Notes under the pieces: generated by a model
Database searches by the model: none
What the model was told of the DNA's origin: nothing
Seen by the model: only the letters and a program-made list of their open reading frames with translations
Made by a program: the position numbers and the translations under genes
From: a virus
Taxonomy: Duplodnaviria > Caudoviricetes
Length of the DNA stretch: 64,000 nucleotides
Virus record (IMG/VR): IMGVR_UViG_3300012953_000026
Location: 1,797 to 65,796 of that record
Reading direction: 5' to 3' (one strand)
Part shown: piece by piece, positions 8,873 through 18,083 of the stretch
Position numbering within the stretch: the stretch's first letter is position 1
Layout of the letters: every line of letters begins with the position of its first letter

Positions 8873-9506
8873 CTCTTACCCTCCTAAAAATCCGAAGATT
8901 ACCCTTTTCGGTTGGTATCAAAAACGATTTGCATCGCTCTACATTCCACTCATCGATTTTTGAAATCCCATTAGATAATATAACAGACTCAAGTTTTTGA
9001 AACAATATTTTCTTTAAATTGCCCTCGATCTCTCCTAGCGTTAAGCCCTCGTCAGAACAGAGGTTTTCTATCTCTTCAAGTTCAAGACTTAAATCTTTAG
9101 ATAAGTATGAGAAAACCGCGGGGTTTTTCACAACATGAAAATGCCCATAATGAATATCACCTATTTCGTTCAAAAAATCAAAGCATTTCTTTCTAGTGAG
9201 AGGTACGCCAGTAGATCCGATGCCTACAGTTTGTATCAGTTTTGAGCTTTGATCAAATTTACATTTTAGCCAAATAGACCTAGGATTCACAGTGTCTATA
9301 TTAAAACAATGAAAGATCGCTCGAATCACCCTCAAGCAATCCCTAGAGGGACCCTCGGTCCTTGTCTGTAGGGCTTTGTCTAGGAAAAATGCAGAACCAT
9401 TTAGATCATAACCGAAGTATGCGCTGGGCCCTGCTAGCTCGTAAATGACATTACTCTGACGTAAAGATGAAAACACGTCTTTTATAATAATCTGCTTATG
9501 ATCCAT
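8859..9506 (-). CDS. hypothetical protein (215 aa)
   Basis: Packed ORF. Confidence 0.65.
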   Translation of the reverse strand: MDHKQIIIKDVFSSLRQSNVIYELAGPSAYFGYDLNGSAFFLDKALQTRTEGPSRDCLRVIRAIFHCFNIDTVNPRSIWLKCKFDQSSKLIQTVGIGSTGVPLTRKKCFDFLNEIGDIHYGHFHVVKNPAVFSYLSKDLSLELEEIENLCSDEGLTLGEIEGNLKKILFQKLESVILSNGISKIDEWNVERCKSFLIPTEKGNLRIFRRVRDGGV

Positions 9507-10320
9507 TAACCTTATTGGCTGCTCGTAATTGCATCCTGAGGTATTTTAATAAGCCGTTATAGTGAGACCTTGCCTCCGACCCTCTTGCGCATGTGTTTCT
9601 TGAAGATTCAGCGTCAGATATTCTGCCTTCTATATCCTTTATCGCTCTTGGAGACGCAAAAGGAACAAGCTTCCCATTAGCGCAACGGTGCTTTTCTTTG
9701 GAGTTTTCCAAAACAATTTGTAGCTCGCCTAGCTTTTGAGAACTTTCGCCAACGACAATAGGGGCAGAACCAGCAGTCTTTACTGGTTGCACTTTCGTAT
9801 CACTCTTACCAGAAGGCTTTTTGATATCGTCGGGAATTGGGGCATCCTCAACATCACCTGCTTTATTCATAATTGTGGCGAACCCAGCCATCATAGAAAA
9901 AAGCTCTTGCTTTTCATCAGAGTCCAGATTCTCAAAATACTTTAAGAGACCCTTTTTGACCTCTCCGTCTTTTGTGCTCGCGCCAGAACGTAAAGCGTTC
10001 ATCTGATCTAGTATGTCCTTAAACTGAACATTCTTTGGTACCTTAGAGGGTATCTCGTAAGAAAACTTATTGTCTTTCTTTTCTTCGTCTTCTTTTTTCT
10101 TTACAAGGTCGAGACTGTCATCCTTAGAGTCTTCCTCTGGACTCTCTTCTTCTTCAACCTCGTCTTTGGAAGATTTCTTCTTTCGGACACCCTCATCATC
10201 AATCTCATCAGATATTGCCTGTTGCTTTTCTTTTTCGCCTTGAAGAGCGTCCGGAAACTGCTCTGACAGCAATTTGTACGCCTCTAAAACTGCGCTCTTT
10301 AAAAGATCATCATTAATCAT
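9496..10320 (-). CDS. hypothetical protein (274 aa), possible virion-internal protein
   Basis: N-terminal LLKSAVLEAYKLLSE, followed by an acidic low-complexity region. Confidence 0.65.
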   Translation of the reverse strand: MINDDLLKSAVLEAYKLLSEQFPDALQGEKEKQQAISDEIDDEGVRKKKSSKDEVEEEESPEEDSKDDSLDLVKKKEDEEKKDNKFSYEIPSKVPKNVQFKDILDQMNALRSGASTKDGEVKKGLLKYFENLDSDEKQELFSMMAGFATIMNKAGDVEDAPIPDDIKKPSGKSDTKVQPVKTAGSAPIVVGESSQKLGELQIVLENSKEKHRCANGKLVPFASPRAIKDIEGRISDAESSRNTCARGSEARSHYNGLLKYLRMQLRAANKVNGS

Positions 10321-10708
10321 TTATAACTCCTCTTCTTGTTACCGATAGCTCCAAAACGTAAGTGTCGTTGTTATACTTAAAGCAATCAATCGACTCAAGA
10401 TTATTAGACGTAATATAAATATCGGGAGTTGTGCAGTTAACAGCGAACTCTTTACCGGACAACAGCAAACCAACCAGCTCAAGACCTATAAGAAGGGAAA
10501 CCCTAGATAGTCCTAGGCTGGAATCCATCGAGAATGAGTCTAGGGAGCACTCAAATACATCATCCCCAAAAGATACGCTAAGATCTATAGCGTTTGGGAC
10601 CGGTCCGAGACGAGACTTAAGAGATTCAGAAATTATTTCATTCTCTGGATTACCTAAGATCCTCTGAAATTCTTGGTTTACGTTTTCATTCATTCCTAAA
10701 GCTTTCAA
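10313..10708 (-). CDS. hypothetical protein (131 aa)
   Basis: Packed ORF. Confidence 0.55.
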   Translation of the reverse strand: MKALGMNENVNQEFQRILGNPENEIISESLKSRLGPVPNAIDLSVSFGDDVFECSLDSFSMDSSLGLSRVSLLIGLELVGLLLSGKEFAVNCTTPDIYITSNNLESIDCFKYNNDTYVLELSVTRRGVIND

Positions 10709-11063
10709 TCACGTCATAATAAATGTTGTCAACTTCCTTAAAGAAAGCATGAAAATGGTCGCCACCTAACAGTTGATGCGGTACCTCTAACGACACCTTG
10801 TCAGAAGTGGAATTATAAGACAGAGAAACAGGTACACCGTGCTGTTGTTCTAAATCGAATATATACTCACAGAATGAATGCATTGATCTACGGTTAGAAA
10901 AGCCAAAACTCTTTCTTGAGGTACCTTCAACGTCAGACCAGCTAGTATCACCAGAAACATTACAGGGAGAACCTACTTCTTCGTTCGGTAATTTATAAGG
11001 CAAAAAAGAGGGGGTATTAGCTTCTCTTAAAAGACCCTCTCTCATTACAGCTTTCAGCTTCAT
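10686..11063 (-). CDS. pterin-4-alpha-carbinolamine dehydratase-like fold protein (degenerate)
   Basis: W.....RKSFGFSN....F......EQQHGVP.....V...V.H pattern resembles PCD, but the HHP motif is HGVP. Confidence 0.4.
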   Translation of the reverse strand: MKLKAVMREGLLREANTPSFLPYKLPNEEVGSPCNVSGDTSWSDVEGTSRKSFGFSNRRSMHSFCEYIFDLEQQHGVPVSLSYNSTSDKVSLEVPHQLLGGDHFHAFFKEVDNIYYDVIESFRNE

Positions 11064-12256
11064 CTCAGCCCTATTTTCTTAGCAGACTTATCAAAATCCT
11101 CGATGTCGTCTATGGCTGCGTAGGTTATGTCCATCTTCTCTTTTGTCGGTTTCTTACTCCACGCATCCTTAACCGCTGCCATAAAATCCGTATCTGACAA
11201 ATATTCTTTTTGATATTTTTCCGTGTTAGACTTTACGAAGTCTTTCGCTTTACGAACCACGCCATCCATCTCTTCGAGATTCATATCGGGAAATTCTCTA
11301 TTCAACTTGAGCCTGATCTTTCTGTCACTCACTGGAGAGTTACCTGTGAGTTGGTTGAAGACCATCGTCTCTATTTGAGGGGGCAGTTCCAAAGAAGCAA
11401 TTTCTTTTTTGGCGTCTTTATCCCTCTGCACTCTGATTGGTTTCAGCGCTGGTTCGAGAAAGCCAAAATTAAAAAAGCTCAAGAATGCCGGGTTGGTCAA
11501 AGTATAATCTGATTTCTTTAAAGCTTCTGCTTCCTCGGGCTTGACTGCCTCAGTAGCTTCTAGCGCGCCGACCCAGATATCTCTTGCGTAGTTTTTGGCT
11601 TTTTGGATCTGCTTATCACCCACAAGGTGGATTGCAGCCATCTTCTTTTGCTTTCTGCCAATGTACTGCTTCGCACCGGACTCACCGGAAACGCCAGGCA
11701 TCAAACCAGTACTGACTAAATCAGAAAGTGAGGCTTCACCAGATGACTTTGATGCCTGAAATGTCTTAGTTTCTTCAGGCTCCTCATCAGGCTCATCTTC
11801 TATCGAATATCCAGACCTAAACTCTTCTGGCATGTCGCTATCATCAGGGAGTTCAAACTCATCATAGTCGTCATACGCCTCATTCACATTTTCTGGATCG
11901 CCGCCCTTTTTCATCATCTTCTTGATCTGAATATACATTTCAGCGATTTCATCATTTCCCATGAGTTCAGACAAAGCTTTCACGGCAGCAGATAAATCTG
12001 AAGGAGTCTTAGGAACGTAGCTATCATCCTCGACAGGGGGTCTAGACATTATCGCATTTAAGCTAGTCGTGTCATCTGGCTGGAGAGGTACTTCACTCGG
12101 TAAGCCGGGTGTTTCCTCATTCTTCTCTTCAGGCGGAGCCTGGTGAGCCGCGAATTGGCCAGCGCGGTGGTCATCGGTTGATCTTATGTTATAGGTCGTT
12201 TCGAAAAGAATATTATTAATAATTTTTCTAACATTTTTATATTTCATGGTATGCAC
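11060..12256 (-). CDS. hypothetical protein (398 aa), possible virion-internal protein
   Basis: N-terminal VRKIINNILFE; ATAATTA motif upstream. Confidence 0.7.
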   Translation of the reverse strand: MHTMKYKNVRKIINNILFETTYNIRSTDDHRAGQFAAHQAPPEEKNEETPGLPSEVPLQPDDTTSLNAIMSRPPVEDDSYVPKTPSDLSAAVKALSELMGNDEIAEMYIQIKKMMKKGGDPENVNEAYDDYDEFELPDDSDMPEEFRSGYSIEDEPDEEPEETKTFQASKSSGEASLSDLVSTGLMPGVSGESGAKQYIGRKQKKMAAIHLVGDKQIQKAKNYARDIWVGALEATEAVKPEEAEALKKSDYTLTNPAFLSFFNFGFLEPALKPIRVQRDKDAKKEIASLELPPQIETMVFNQLTGNSPVSDRKIRLKLNREFPDMNLEEMDGVVRKAKDFVKSNTEKYQKEYLSDTDFMAAVKDAWSKKPTKEKMDITYAAIDDIEDFDKSAKKIGLR

Positions 12257-12265
12257 CTCAAAGAT

Positions 12266-12272
12266 TAATTAT
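12266..12272 (-). promoter_or_regulatory. ATANTTA motif (candidate late promoter)
   Basis: ATAATTA about 10 nt upstream of start 12256. Confidence 0.35.
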
Positions 12273-12296
12273 CATCATGGTAGACTAATGATTACC

Positions 12297-12737
12297 CTAA
12301 TCAGAAATTTTATGTGTAAGGTAGCCGGCCCCTATTGTGATAAGTGCCCCTAGAGTAAACCCTCCAACGAACCACCACTCTGTTGCGGATGACTTCCTCT
12401 TTACTTCTTTAACAGACAAATCTATTTGCTCACGTAGAAAATCATTTTGAGATTTGTAGACAGATACTTCAAACAGATTCGCGTTTTTGAGCTTATCCAA
12501 ACTTAGCTTGCAATTCGCATCAGAAATATCAATCTCTTTTTTCACTCTTAGATTGCACTTCTCTTCAAAGCTGTTAGCCTTAACAAGGATCTCTGCTATC
12601 GCATCCTTATTTAATAGAGTACCAGTAAATGGAGCAGCCTCACCCTCACGAAGAGTCTTTACTTTTGCTTCCTGCGCAAAGCATACGCTACACAGCAGAT
12701 TTAAGGACAAAAATACACAAAAAATCTTTTTAGTCAT
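12297..12737 (-). CDS. secreted/membrane protein: signal peptide, coiled coil, C-terminal TM (spanin-like architecture)
   Basis: MTKKIFCVFLSLNLLCSVCFAQE signal; C-terminal WWFVGGFTLGALITIGAGYL. Confidence 0.5.
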   Translation of the reverse strand: MTKKIFCVFLSLNLLCSVCFAQEAKVKTLREGEAAPFTGTLLNKDAIAEILVKANSFEEKCNLRVKKEIDISDANCKLSLDKLKNANLFEVSVYKSQNDFLREQIDLSVKEVKRKSSATEWWFVGGFTLGALITIGAGYLTHKISD

Positions 12738-12779
12738 AATCTAGATAATATCAAAATCCAAGAAAAGTTTAGGTAAGTT

Positions 12780-13145
12780 TCAGATGTCGTCTAGATTATC
12801 AGCGCCCAAAAACTCTGCCAATAGCGCTGTCGCTTTTTCAGCATTTCCCGCCTTGATCTGGCGCTTTATTTTTGCTCTCATCTTTAAGTTTAGATTGGAT
12901 TCGTTCTGTATAAACTTAGTCCCAATACGAGCAAGTCTTTCTTTATGCACGCTCTCGGCCTCTTCGTCTTTCTCAACGCGGACTTTGTTGGCTGTCTTTA
13001 CAGCCTCCAGAGCAGAATCCCCAGACTCGGTAGACTTCTCTATTATCTCGCCGGCGTTATCTTTTCTGAATAGGAGCATACCGCCGAGGACAGTCACGCC
13101 GATGCCTAACAGAAACTTCCAGCTTTTTTGAAGAAACTTTATCAT
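12780..13145 (-). CDS. membrane-anchored coiled-coil protein (i-spanin-like architecture)
   Basis: N-terminal TM WKFLLGIGVTVLGGMLLF followed by a charged helix. Confidence 0.5.
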   Translation of the reverse strand: MIKFLQKSWKFLLGIGVTVLGGMLLFRKDNAGEIIEKSTESGDSALEAVKTANKVRVEKDEEAESVHKERLARIGTKFIQNESNLNLKMRAKIKRQIKAGNAEKATALLAEFLGADNLDDI

Positions 13146-13360
13146 GTCTGATCCTTTTTCGCTAATTTACCATGCTTCCATTGAACCGCTAAGTCTACGA
13201 GAGCTTGTGAACCTATATAGGCCAGCGTCACAGCCACCCAGTCCCCACTGGTCACAGTACCCACAAAACATAACACCGTTGCTGTAATCCACGCTAAAAA
13301 TTTTCTAGAAATAAACCTCTCGAGATGTTTGTCGGCGAAAGCCTTTGCCATTTGTGTCAT
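13142..13360 (-). CDS. small two-TM membrane protein, holin-like
   Basis: ISRKFLAWITATVLCFVG...WVAVTLAYIGSQALVD with a basic C-terminus. Confidence 0.5.
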   Translation of the reverse strand: MTQMAKAFADKHLERFISRKFLAWITATVLCFVGTVTSGDWVAVTLAYIGSQALVDLAVQWKHGKLAKKDQT

Positions 13361-13381
13361 TGAGCACCTCCATGCTATTAT

Positions 13382-13388
13382 TAACTAT
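13382..13388 (-). promoter_or_regulatory. ATANTTA motif (candidate late promoter)
   Basis: ATAGTTA about 22 nt upstream of start 13360, before a GGAGG SD. Confidence 0.35.
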
Positions 13389-13414
13389 CAGGTGCGGCAC
13401 AAAGTAACTAGATA

Positions 13415-13681
13415 CTATTCTTCTACTTTCCAGGGTGATCCAGAGACTATCTCATCAAAAATGTCTATAGACTCAACATTGGTGATTTTCTTTAAATCTT
13501 TATTACGCTTATCTGCCTTAAGCTTCTGAATTAGCTCTTCTAGGTAGGGATCTTTGTCAACTAGATTAGTAATGAGGCCTGAAATTATCTCTTGCATCGA
13601 AAGCTTGTTCTTAAATGCAAGTATCCTAAATTCAGAATGTACACTTTCGTTGAGGTTGATATGAACAGATTTTCGGTTCAC
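13415..13681 (-). CDS. ribbon-helix-helix-like DNA-binding protein
   Basis: RKSVHINL strand followed by two helices (ESVHSEFRILAF / SMQEIISGLITNL). Confidence 0.5.
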   Translation of the reverse strand: MNRKSVHINLNESVHSEFRILAFKNKLSMQEIISGLITNLVDKDPYLEELIQKLKADKRNKDLKKITNVESIDIFDEIVSGSPWKVEE

Positions 13682-14280
13682 CCGCCACCGCCGTCGCCAC
13701 CGCCGGCGCCAACTGCGATCGGAGTCGGTAACTCCCTCTGAGCCTGTTCTTTCTCATGGTCATCGCGAGGATCAACGTGGAATCTCGTCTTCATGATTTC
13801 TAAAAAGCTAGACTCTGCATCTTCATCGTACTTGGAGAGTAGATAGTCTCTAGCCTTAGCCATGATGATTTCTTCGATGTCTAAAAGAACGTCGGCATTC
13901 TTTATAATCCTAGCTGTCTCTGCAGCAAATTTCTCTATATCAAGATCTGGAGCCTCGGACTCATTCAATAAAGCTGCGCGTAGTGAATAGGATTCTTCTT
14001 GTTTTTGGACAGCCGCGCTCTTTAAGGCGTCTGTTTCGATATCAACAAAAAGAGCAGTCAAAGAATCATCGAGGCTCTTGCTTAGCTCAATCTCCTCGTC
14101 TTTAGAGACCTTGACATCTTCATCGGAATCTTCTTCACTTTCTTCCTCAGCACCCTCTTCTTCAGTGCCTTCTTCTTCAGTGCCTTCTTCTTCGTCGTCC
14201 TCAGCTTCTGCTAACATACGACTACTCTTCTTTAGACCAGCTGCAAGCTCTAAGAACTCTTTGATATCGTCTCTATTCAT
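13678..14280 (-). CDS. acidic hypothetical protein (200 aa), possible virion-internal/scaffold protein
   Basis: EEEGT repeats; LLNE motif. Confidence 0.65.
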   Translation of the reverse strand: MNRDDIKEFLELAAGLKKSSRMLAEAEDDEEEGTEEEGTEEEGAEEESEEDSDEDVKVSKDEEIELSKSLDDSLTALFVDIETDALKSAAVQKQEESYSLRAALLNESEAPDLDIEKFAAETARIIKNADVLLDIEEIIMAKARDYLLSKYDEDAESSFLEIMKTRFHVDPRDDHEKEQAQRELPTPIAVGAGGGDGGGG

Positions 14281-14966
14281 TTCACTTTTCCTTGTCCTGC
14301 CTTCGACATCGATTCAACTTTCTTAACTCGCTCCTCGATCCTTGACCACCTGAGTTCTTTCATCATAGCAAAAATGAACGATCTTTTGTCTCTTAGGTAA
14401 TCCCTAAAATATGCATGCTCGCAACAATCAATAACAATGATTGGGAACGAACCTATCGGGATACCTTTATCGTGAGAATCAATCACAACATTCATGTATC
14501 GATTTAAAAAGAAGTTGTAAACAGTAACGACCCACCCATGCCTGGAGCTTAAAGCGCACGCAATAAAGTCTTTTTGCCAAGCGTCAAATGAACCAAAGTC
14601 TCTCTCTAAACGCATAAAAGCAATAGAATCCATATTAATAACGGAATTTTGATCGCTAATATTCTCAAAGTAGTAAGCGTGTAGAAAAGATGCATTAAGA
14701 TTATAAACTTCGTCCTGCTTTAAAGAGCGAATTTTAGAATTATTGTTATGAGCTAGTTCTCTCTCAGCAGTGTCCAGGAAAGCAGAGACTTCATTTAATT
14801 TCTTAACATGATCTTCTAAAATCTCTTGATGACTATTCTTCGTCTTCTCGCTTAAGAGCTCTGTCGATAACTCATATTTCTTAGCCTGTGTAACATAGGC
14901 TTCGTCTAAATTATCACCGAGAGATTTCTTGATTTCTGATACAATTTCTTTCTTTAGATCTTTCAT
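14277..14966 (-). CDS. Fe/Mn superoxide dismutase family protein with N-terminal extension
   Basis: All four metal ligands appear present: H (NSHQ), H (NASFLHAYYFENI), and D and H (IDCCEHAY, canonical DxWEHAY); also RDFGSFDAW and GWVV. Confidence 0.8.
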   Translation of the reverse strand: MKDLKKEIVSEIKKSLGDNLDEAYVTQAKKYELSTELLSEKTKNSHQEILEDHVKKLNEVSAFLDTAERELAHNNNSKIRSLKQDEVYNLNASFLHAYYFENISDQNSVINMDSIAFMRLERDFGSFDAWQKDFIACALSSRHGWVVTVYNFFLNRYMNVVIDSHDKGIPIGSFPIIVIDCCEHAYFRDYLRDKRSFIFAMMKELRWSRIEERVKKVESMSKAGQGKVK

Positions 14967-15331
14967 TAATCAACCTCGTAATTTTTTTCAAACTCGTCTT
15001 TGTCAACTGAGAATTCTGAGTCTTCTGAATCTGGTACTGGAATTAACTCTTCTTCTTGACCAGCAATAACATGCTGCTGAGAAGGTGAAGCTTTTACGCG
15101 GGGTGCATCTGGGGTCCTTAGGGTAATATTGACATTACCCTTGTCGTCTGCGACTTTTTTTATCGTATATTCGAAGCCAGAACTTTTATGACGTACTTTT
15201 AAATCAGGCTCTAAGACAACTCTGCCCTTTTTGTCTGTCACGGCTGTCTCCCTAAGTAGGGAAACTGTCTTGAGTCTGTCTTCGTATTCTTTTAACAAAA
15301 GAGCCTTTAAAAAAGCTTCAGGTTTATTCAT
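14966..15331 (-). CDS. hypothetical protein, possible virion-internal protein
   Basis: LKALLLKE and LLRE motifs. Probable start ATG 15331; the track starts at 15346. Confidence 0.6.
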   Translation of the reverse strand: MNKPEAFLKALLLKEYEDRLKTVSLLRETAVTDKKGRVVLEPDLKVRHKSSGFEYTIKKVADDKGNVNITLRTPDAPRVKASPSQQHVIAGQEEELIPVPDSEDSEFSVDKDEFEKNYEVD

Positions 15332-15764
15332 GTTGCACCCCATCACTAAATAAGTATTTTCGACACTTTATTCCTGCTCCCTCTAAAATGCGTAAACCGG
15401 TTTCATCGCGATAGCTATCCAAATAAACCAGTTCAGATATGTCAGCATTGACTATAGCTTTGGCACACATCCTACAGGGGCTAAGTGTTAAATACATCAC
15501 TTTTTTCTTTGGGTTATTATAGTCCATCTTCAGCAAACAGTTTATTTCTGCGTGAATAAAACCTGATTGACCCGGATCTTCGGACTCAACTTCGTTGGGG
15601 CCGCCGGCGTAGTTTCCGTTATACCCAACAGATAATACTTGAGTGTTATCGGATGTCACCACTATCGCCCCAACTTGGTAACGAGGATCGTAGGACCTTC
15701 TAGAAATCTCTCTTGCGACGTTTGCCCAAACGCTATCCCAGGACGGTCTGTGATTATTTCCCAT
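15324..15764 (-). CDS. dCMP deaminase family protein
   Basis: VGAIVV, GYNG, HAEINCL and SPCRMCAKAI zinc motif. Confidence 0.88.
   Translation of the reverse strand: MGNNHRPSWDSVWANVAREISRRSYDPRYQVGAIVVTSDNTQVLSVGYNGNYAGGPNEVESEDPGQSGFIHAEINCLLKMDYNNPKKKVMYLTLSPCRMCAKAIVNADISELVYLDSYRDETGLRILEGAGIKCRKYLFSDGVQHE
15351..15357 (-). promoter_or_regulatory. ATANTTA motif (candidate late promoter)
   Basis: ATACTTA upstream of the 15331/15346 start. Confidence 0.3.
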
Positions 15765-15765
15765 G

Positions 15766-17202
15766 TTAGTCTTTTAGCAAACCTGCGTTCTTGGACCAGG
15801 TCTCGTATAAGCGGCTTTGAGGATAGAACTTACTATCCAGCCTCTTATTGACAAAGCGCTTGATTTCACCAGTCGTGATCTTCCTCTGTCTTGTTTCTTT
15901 TGTCTGGGCCAAGACCTGTGCTGCAAGAGATGGGATCATCTGCTCTAAAGAGTCAAAATTCTTTTTAGCAAATTTCTTAGACTTGATCAGCGTCTCCTCA
16001 TGAGAGGCGCGCCAGGCCTTGACTGCTTTTGCGACCGCTCGCTGTACAGCTTCTTTACCCTTATCAATCCCTTGGAATATCCCATCCTTTAGCTCTTGAT
16101 TTCTGTTTTTAGCCTTAAGCGACTTTTGGCTAGAGGCTGAAAGCGAGGCCTCCCAGTCTGATAAGGCTTTGGATATCGCGTCCTTTGGAGACATTGACTT
16201 AGAGCCTGCTTCGGCTGCTGCAGCCTTGATACCTTGAGCAGGATCAGATTCTTCTTCAGGATTCTTGGGTAATTCGTCACCTGCTTCATCCTTGGCGGGC
16301 TCTCCCTCTTTGCCTTCGCCTTCTTTACCTTCACCTTCTTTATCTTCGGCGGGTTCAGCAGAGGCCGCAACAGGACCTCCTTCTGATTCCTTACCAGGAG
16401 GAGGAGCTTCTTCGGCGGAAGACTGAACACCTTGAATAACATCAGTAGGTACAATTGCTTTCTCGGCAGCGGAGGCACTTTTAGCGGTTTGTGATCCTAG
16501 GTTCTTTAACTCCCCGTAAGTTAATTGCATCAACTCATCGGAGAGCTTATCGACAGGAAGCTCATCTATCTTTTCTGCACCAGGGATGTCCGCAACAAAT
16601 TTTGATTTACTCATCAAAGATCCAAGCTTAGCCATAAACCCCTTTGGTTTAGCACCCTTAAAGGCTTTAGCTACACCCTTCTTGAGATCATCTGAGCTCA
16701 GGCCATGCTTATCAGGGTTTAGCTCGCCTAACTTCACATCATCTTCTACCTTACCTTCTAGGTTCTTAGAAAGAAGCTCAATTGCCTGAGACATCGTTCC
16801 TGCAGCGGTATTAGATTTATTCTGTAGATCTATTACTGCTTGAAGCGCTCTCGATACGTCCATCTTTTTTCCAAAGAAAGATTTGATTTGAGCACCCACA
16901 CCTTCTGGGTCATCGAGGTCTAACTTAGAAGCAAGTATGTCAGCTTTCTTTAGAGAGTTTTGAAGAGCCCCAAAATACTGCGCCACCGAATCTAGCTTCA
17001 TGCTGTTCGCTGCCGACACGTTCTGTGTGACAGCGGCCATCGCTGTCTTGACTGCTTTCTTTAATTTGTCTATGTCTTCCTGGTTAATGTCTTCCATCAA
17101 CATTCCGTACACAGACCGGTTGGCCATCGAATACTCTAGGAGAGTGTTATCATCAGCTAGCTTTAAGGCTAGCTCGTACATTGTCTCAGAATTCTTCTTC
17201 AT
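15766..17202 (-). CDS. hypothetical protein (478 aa), possible virion-internal protein
   Basis: TLLE/MLME motifs, EGEGK linker repeats, C-terminal LYETWSKNAGLLKD. Confidence 0.7.
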   Translation of the reverse strand: MKKNSETMYELALKLADDNTLLEYSMANRSVYGMLMEDINQEDIDKLKKAVKTAMAAVTQNVSAANSMKLDSVAQYFGALQNSLKKADILASKLDLDDPEGVGAQIKSFFGKKMDVSRALQAVIDLQNKSNTAAGTMSQAIELLSKNLEGKVEDDVKLGELNPDKHGLSSDDLKKGVAKAFKGAKPKGFMAKLGSLMSKSKFVADIPGAEKIDELPVDKLSDELMQLTYGELKNLGSQTAKSASAAEKAIVPTDVIQGVQSSAEEAPPPGKESEGGPVAASAEPAEDKEGEGKEGEGKEGEPAKDEAGDELPKNPEEESDPAQGIKAAAAEAGSKSMSPKDAISKALSDWEASLSASSQKSLKAKNRNQELKDGIFQGIDKGKEAVQRAVAKAVKAWRASHEETLIKSKKFAKKNFDSLEQMIPSLAAQVLAQTKETRQRKITTGEIKRFVNKRLDSKFYPQSRLYETWSKNAGLLKD

Positions 17203-17219
17203 ATATTCCTCCGCATAAT

Positions 17220-17226
17220 TAATTAT
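17220..17226 (-). promoter_or_regulatory. ATANTTA motif within the 14-bp palindrome CATAATTAATTATG (17214-17227)
   Basis: 18 nt upstream of start 17202. Confidence 0.35.
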
Positions 17227-18083
17227 GAAGGCTCCTCTTCTTTTTCTGGCTCTAGGGTAAATAAGTCGTCTATATGCTGATCTTTTGTCAAGGTAAAACC
17301 AGCAGCCTTTTTATGACCACCACCCCCAAATTTTTTCGCAAACTCGCTAACGTCCACATTATCATGAAAAGATCTTAGGCTTGCCTTCGTGATCCCAGCG
17401 TCATGATCAAAATACCAAATGACAGCAAAATCACAATCAGGGGACAGCCTTGTACCGATCTCTGACATCCAATGAGAAGCGTTTACTATCATAATCTTTC
17501 TGTTCTCAAAGTAACGGACAACCGCTTTTTCACACACCTTTTTGATCACAGTCTTCGAGTAAGCCAGTATGTAGCTCCCCCTCTTGACTGCATCATCAAA
17601 CACTGAGTCATCTTCGAATTTCTCAAATTCTTCAAACTCAAAAGGCACCATATCAAAAGCAGCGCTAAACTCTTTAGAGTATTCAAGCTCCCAGGTCCAC
17701 AGATCTCTATCCTGGATATACCTAATAAACTTAGGAGACTCTTTTCCTGGATGGAAAAATTCCCACGCTAAAATTGCACCTGACTTTGTCATATCGAAAT
17801 GAGTGTTCGATATATCGTGCAGCTCAACCATCGCCGACTTGTGGTGGTCTATAACCATGAGACCATCAGCGTCTTCTATCATTTGTTTTGTTGTCGCATT
17901 ATTAAAAGAAAAATCTAATATGACGACAACCTTACCTTCTACATCTGGAGGAGTCTGGCCATGCTTACAAGCATGATACTCCGCCCTATTACCTAACAGC
18001 TTCCAAGCCGCATAAGCTGCACCAAAGCCGTCTGTACAGTCTGCGTGATAAATTACACAGTTTACTTGACTGGGTTCAACCAT
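17223..18083 (-). CDS. DHH/DHHA1 phosphoesterase (nanoRNase-like)
   Basis: YHADCTDG, LDFS, DHHKS, DRDLW, SLRS and GGGGHKKAAGF. Confidence 0.88.
   Translation of the reverse strand: MVEPSQVNCVIYHADCTDGFGAAYAAWKLLGNRAEYHACKHGQTPPDVEGKVVVILDFSFNNATTKQMIEDADGLMVIDHHKSAMVELHDISNTHFDMTKSGAILAWEFFHPGKESPKFIRYIQDRDLWTWELEYSKEFSAAFDMVPFEFEEFEKFEDDSVFDDAVKRGSYILAYSKTVIKKVCEKAVVRYFENRKIMIVNASHWMSEIGTRLSPDCDFAVIWYFDHDAGITKASLRSFHDNVDVSEFAKKFGGGGHKKAAGFTLTKDQHIDDLFTLEPEKEEEPS

Noticed and set aside
1-11063. 7-deazaguanine (preQ0/dpd) modification pathway suggested by the IMPDH-like and pterin-related genes
   Set aside because: No FolE, QueD, QueE, QueC or DpdA homolog is recognisable in the window.
14140-16345. 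Short tandem repeats (EEEGT x2 at about 14150-14195; EGEGK-type repeats at about 16305-16345) and the poly-Lys tract at about 39775-39810
   Set aside because: These are in-frame low-complexity protein linkers, not regulatory or contingency repeats.
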